Shown: one piece after another, positions 59,601 through 64,000 of the stretch
How positions within the stretch are numbered: position 1 is the first letter of the stretch
Layout of the letters: each line of letters starts with the position of its first letter
Source: Gracilinanus agilis
Taxonomy: Eukaryota
Assembly (NCBI RefSeq): GCF_016433145.1
Contig: NC_058136.1
Location: forward strand, 60,639,182-60,703,181
Length of the DNA: 64,000 nucleotides
Direction: 5' to 3'
The notes under the pieces: generated by a model
What the model was told of the DNA's origin: nothing
Seen by the model: only the letters and a program-made list of their open reading frames with translations
Database searches by the model: none
Program-made: the position numbers and the translations under genes

Positions 59601-62600
59601 AATGGGTAAGAAAAGAGAAGCCTTGCAATTCTTGGTGGCCTTCACTCTTTGCAGGGGCTCTCAACACTCAAAATGAGAGGGAACCAGCAAGACATTAACA
59701 ACTCCCTTTTCTCTCCTAAGTTGCTCTACTCTTCAGATATATTGCCCATGGTTAGAAATAGTCCCTGGAAGAGATAGCTAGCTAGGGGAAAGAATGAGGG
59801 ACCCTAGAGAAAAGAGCCCTTCCATCTTCACTCACCCTGCCTCATCAACATGACCTGGTGCTCATGGCGAGCAGCCTCCATCTCCATCTCCAGCTTCTCC
59901 CTGGCTTCCTTGATGTTTCGGTCTACTTGGTCCTGTTGCTGCTTCTCCATCTCAATCAGCGCTTTCCAACGCATGGCATACTCATACTCAAAGGAACCAG
60001 GCTGGGCAAATCGAGGTGGCTGCTCTCGTTCCCTGTTAACACAAAGGCCTGGGGTCACTTTCCACCCTAGGATTCATACCCAACAACTACAATCCCTCCC
60101 CCGCCCCCCAGGGGTTCATGGGAAATAATGGCTGTTATCACAACAGATAGAAACTTCCTGCCCAGTTTATTCGATAGCACTGTACGTGCAACTATATATT
60201 TATAAGACTTGATTCCCAGGGTCACATACTTGTGAAATTGTTGGTTCTTGATGACCAATTTCTCTGGGAGACCTTCTTCATCATCCAGCTGGTCCATCGG
60301 CTCCACAGTTACAGGCCTAGGAAATCTGGGGGACGGGGAATGTCTTTCCAGTTAATCAAGCAGGAAGGACTACAAAGTGGTCTAGGTCTAGAGCTCGGGA
60401 CTGGAAGCCTTCCTTATGAAAGCAACCCAGAGGATATAGGGTTGACATCCACAAAGGGATCAGGCTGTAGTTATCCAACTGAGTTCAATTCCAAAGGAGT
60501 CATTCACAACAGAAAGAGAGAACACCATCCAGAGTCACACTCCTAGGCACAGGAAGTAACAATCCCAAAGAAAAGGAACACAACCCAATACTTAAGGCCA
60601 TACTTCAAAGGAAGGCGGTGCTTTGAATGTTCAGATGGACTAAAAATTCACCAGCATCGTGCAAGCACAAGCTACCTTTCTACAAATCAAGCCAAGAACA
60701 TATCATTTTCAACAGCGCTAAGCTGTCATTGCAATGCATAACCTTCAATGACTGGGTTATCTGTTACTCACTAGAGGCCCTTCCTTCTACCTACACAGCC
60801 CTAAAAAAAGACTAAGATTAGCAAGGGGGGGCCCAAGTTCTCCAGAGAATACCATGTCAGTGAAGCTTCTTGGGCAGCTCTCCCTCATTGGTTTATTCTC
60901 TATAGACCATGGGGAAGATGGCTTAGAAAACAAAGACTTGGCCCTTATAGGTTCATTCTCCAGACCCACAGCAAGAAAGGAAAGTCACCTTTAAAGAGAC
61001 AAACCAAGAACACACGGAAGCCCTGGGAAGGGAAAGCCAGTAGCGACTGCCCACCCCCCACTTACGTGGTCAGAAGGAAGGACCCTTCACTGCATCTGTC
61101 CAGAGCTTTTCTCGCAGCTGGCTTCCCTGAGAATTCCACAATGCCTTTCCCTGAAGGCCTCCCTCGATCATCCACAATCACTACAGCTCTCTCCACCTGG
61201 CCAAAGACAGAGAAAGCCTCCTCCAACAGTTCATTGGACACGAACTGTGGCAGGTTCCTAACAGTCAGGGATGCGCTATGGCACGCAAAGCGCACTCGCA
61301 ACTGCTTTCCACGTAAGGGCATGTTGTCCAGTTCGACCTTAGCAATCTCAGCTAGAGTTCGGGTTTCCTAGAGGGCAAAAGAGAGGGCGTTATAGCCTGT
61401 CACACAAGACCACACACACACACAAAAACCAGCCTGAAAACAAAAATCCTCACAGCCCCAAAAGTGGCATCCAGGGACAAGGAAAAAGTGGGGAGTACAG
61501 GGCCATCTGGGATCTATGAGTCCCTTCTAATACAAATATCCTGCTGCTTCTGCCCAAGTCATGTAGTCCCCCCCCCCAACCCCCATCTCTCTAGAGCTTC
61601 TCACCAAGCGGATGAAGCCAAATCCTTTGTCCTTGTGTATGAACACCTCGCCTGCCTTCCCGTATTTCTCAAACAGTTTCCTCATTTCCTCTTCAGTGAT
61701 ATCAGGAGGGAGATTTCCCACAAAGAGGCGGCTCCGCTGGGTGAAAGTCTTTTCCCCTGGCTTCCTAAAATTCTTCAGATCAATAGTCAGGCCTTCATCT
61801 ACAGGAAAACAAGTAGGATTGGAGAATAAAATCCATAGTTCTAACAGAGGAACACTGTGAGAATAAGGGCAGGCAAGTCCCAAAGGTAACTATTCTCTTT
61901 CCTAAGCAAATTCCCAAATGCCTCATGCATTCTGAACATACAGAAAGCACTAGGAGGCCAGATCACTTTCCATCACTTTCCCTTGCTGGCAAGGAGAGGT
62001 AAGAAAACATGAGCCAAATCCTCAATAAGTCACGAGACTTGACAAGACTAACATATAAAGTAGTTTTTCATCTCTCAGTACAAGTCCTCAGGAATTACTC
62101 TCCCTTCCTTTAGGAGCAGATATAGCATCTCAGGGGAATCTGAGGGGATTCCAAGTCTTCCAATTCCAAATAGGACAAAATGCCAGCATGTTATGTTCAC
62201 GAGCTCAGGCCTAATTTCACAGGTTAGAAAAAGCTTTTATTTCTACACAAAGTTGTTTTTGTAACAGACAGTGATTTCACCAGAAGACAAGAATACATTC
62301 CACTCAGTTAAGAGGTCTCAGCAGCAGAATGGAAGTCAAACAAAAGAAATATTGGCTTCCTAGCTCTTACAACTAGCAGAGAGCAAAGTGAGATGGGACT
62401 TTCCCCCCTCCCCAAAAGGCTTTCAAGTAGAGAGGCAGAATGACCACTGATCAGTGACTTGGGGGAGGCTTCTCAGGCCTTTCAACTCCAAACAGACTCT
62501 GAATAGGCCAGAACTTTCTTGAGCAGACAGACCAGCATGTGCAGTCACAATTCTCTAGGGATTGCAGCAGAGAGGTGGCACCCATGGGAGCTGGATATTT

Positions 62601-63421
62601 ATTCAGGTGACAAACCTCTTAACTTCTCAACCTTTTCTGTGTCAAGGACTCCCCCTTTTGGCAGCCTACAGAAGTCTAGAAATCTCTACAAACAATTTGT
62701 AAATGCATAAAATACCTCAGATGACAAAAGAAAGCATCAATACTGAAATACAACCGTCAAAACATTTACAAAACAAGCTCATGGGCCCCAGGTTAAGAAC
62801 CTCTGCTCTAGCTATGAAATCCAAGAAGGAAAACAGCACACAGGAGCCTAGGACTATATAGTAGGAACTCTGCTCACTCGGTCACCCTGACTAAAGAAAG
62901 GCAGATCCAGGGCCCCAAGTTGAAAGCCAGCTAAAGATGGAACACACCTGGATTCTGAAATAGCACTACGCTCACCTTGCTAGTAAGCTCTGAAGGTGTC
63001 AAGCTCTAAGGCATCTCTAGGAAGCATGTGCCACCTCTCAAGTGTTGAGGCAAGAGAACATACTTGTTGTTCACAGCACAATATGCCAATCTTTGCCCCT
63101 GTTGCTTCCCTAGAACATGTCCATCTGTCCCAAGAAGAGAGGAGGAAAGCCAAAGGGTCTCTACCCACCAGGGATCGGAAAGGCCCCTTCTCCAGGGGCT
63201 CACCCAGCTAAATGGAGACACTGCCACCAAGAAGGATCTGTGCCATTATACTCACTCTGACTGTTGGCCTGCTGCCCATTTGCAGGTATTGGTGGTGGTT
63301 GCTGTTGTTGCTGTTGCTGCTGCTGCTGCTGCTGGTGCTGATGCTGCTGGTGCTGGTGCTGCTGGTGTTTCCTTGGAGTATGGTTCTGCTTATCCAGGCT
63401 AAAGCCTTTGTTGCTCTGCAT
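56530..63421 (-). CDS. NONO: NONO / p54nrb (DBHS family), 10 coding exons, 475 aa
   Basis: In-phase GT-AG exons (1428 nt): MQSNK...; RRM1 [11 protein letters not shown]; RRM2 LTVRNLP; NOPS; coiled coil; C-terminus GPNKRRRY*. Confidence 0.97.
57537..57646 (-). CDS. NONO: NONO coding exon 9
   Basis: AMGLNNRG...MMPDGTMGM. Confidence 0.93.
58139..58178 (-). CDS. NONO: NONO coding exon 8
   Basis: [13 protein letters not shown]. Confidence 0.92.
58818..58920 (-). CDS. NONO: NONO coding exon 7
   Basis: [34 protein letters not shown]. Confidence 0.95.
59261..59345 (-). CDS. NONO: NONO coding exon 6
   Basis: [27 protein letters not shown]. Confidence 0.95.
59836..60032 (-). CDS. NONO: NONO coding exon 5
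   Basis: [25 protein letters not shown]. Confidence 0.95.
60230..60325 (-). CDS. NONO: NONO coding exon 4
   Basis: [23 protein letters not shown]. Confidence 0.95.
61066..61367 (-). CDS. NONO: NONO coding exon 3
   Basis: [34 protein letters not shown]. Confidence 0.95.
61605..61798 (-). CDS. NONO: NONO coding exon 2
   Basis: [29 protein letters not shown]. Confidence 0.95.
62620..62808. mobile_element. hAT-Charlie-type MITE
   Basis: TTCTCAACCTTTT...CCCCAGGTTAAGAACCTCTG terminal sequences. Confidence 0.6.
63256..63421 (-). CDS. NONO: NONO first coding exon (acceptor at 63430)
   Basis: [19 protein letters not shown]...Q12[14 protein letters not shown]. Confidence 0.94.
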
Positions 63422-63589
63422 CTTTGCACCCTACAAAATAAAAAAGAATATAACAGTGGACCCTTAGGCATATCCATTAAGGTAGTCTGTCCCCATCTAT
63501 AGAAAATGGAAGTCTCTGCCAGACACAAGTAACAGGACCCTTTCCTCCTTGTAGGCATGAAGGAAGGAAATATTTAAAAAGCAACTACT

Positions 63590-63830
63590 ATGTGCCACAG
63601 GCTCTGTGTTAATAAATAAGTAAGCCCTTTACAAATATCTTATTTTATTTGCCTCACAACCACCTTGGAAGGTAAGTGGTATTACTGTCTACATTTTACA
63701 GTCCAGAAAACTAAGGCAGACCTGCCTCAAGTGGCATGCCTAGCCAGGGTCATACAGCTAACATGAGACTAGATTTGAACTTGGTCTTCCTGGTTCCAGG
63801 TCCAGCCCTACCCACTGAGCCACCTAGCTG
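63590..63830 (-). mobile_element. MIR plus SINE head
   Basis: CATTTTACAG core and CCACTGAGCCACCTAGCTG head. Confidence 0.7.
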
Positions 63831-64000
63831 TTTCTTAGTACAATCCAAGACCAAAACCTTCTACATGACCTAAAGAATCAAACTGGATACAAAACACCAC
63901 ACCCAATGAGCAGTGCATGCCCAAAAAAAACCAAAAAGTGACAATGAGGACTCTACTTCAGTCAGTATAGGCTGAATCTACTCCAATTAGGGGCTAAAGA

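Overview
Vertebrate genomic DNA, most likely a didelphid marsupial (opossum), judged from SINE1_Mdo-like, Mar1/RTE-like and L1_Mdo-like repeats. The genes belong to the conserved therian X block. The + strand carries TAF1 (38 exons plus alternative exon 35'; only the start codon is lost, in a 500-N gap at 2036-2535) and then the CpG-island promoter and first coding exon of OGT (46161-46197). After a second 500-N gap (47544-48043) the - strand carries intact ITGB1BP2/melusin (11 exons, 344 aa) and all 10 coding exons of NONO (475 aa). The conserved order NONO>ITGB1BP2>TAF1>OGT is broken exactly at the second gap, inside OGT intron 1, which most likely reflects a scaffolding mis-orientation. I see no CRISPR array, RNA gene or new gene system. 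The best leads are splicing-level: a candidate in-frame cassette exon in the TAF1 bromodomain-2 intron, an apparently disrupted neural AK microexon 34', a candidate poison exon in intron 14 and a dual donor in exon 22. There is also a 5'-inverted RTE insertion with a 9-bp TSD and an orphan promoter/exon at the gap edge. Exon boundaries were derived by hand and checked for phase continuity. Human comparisons and repeat family names come from recalled knowledge, not database searches, and repeat boundaries are approximate.
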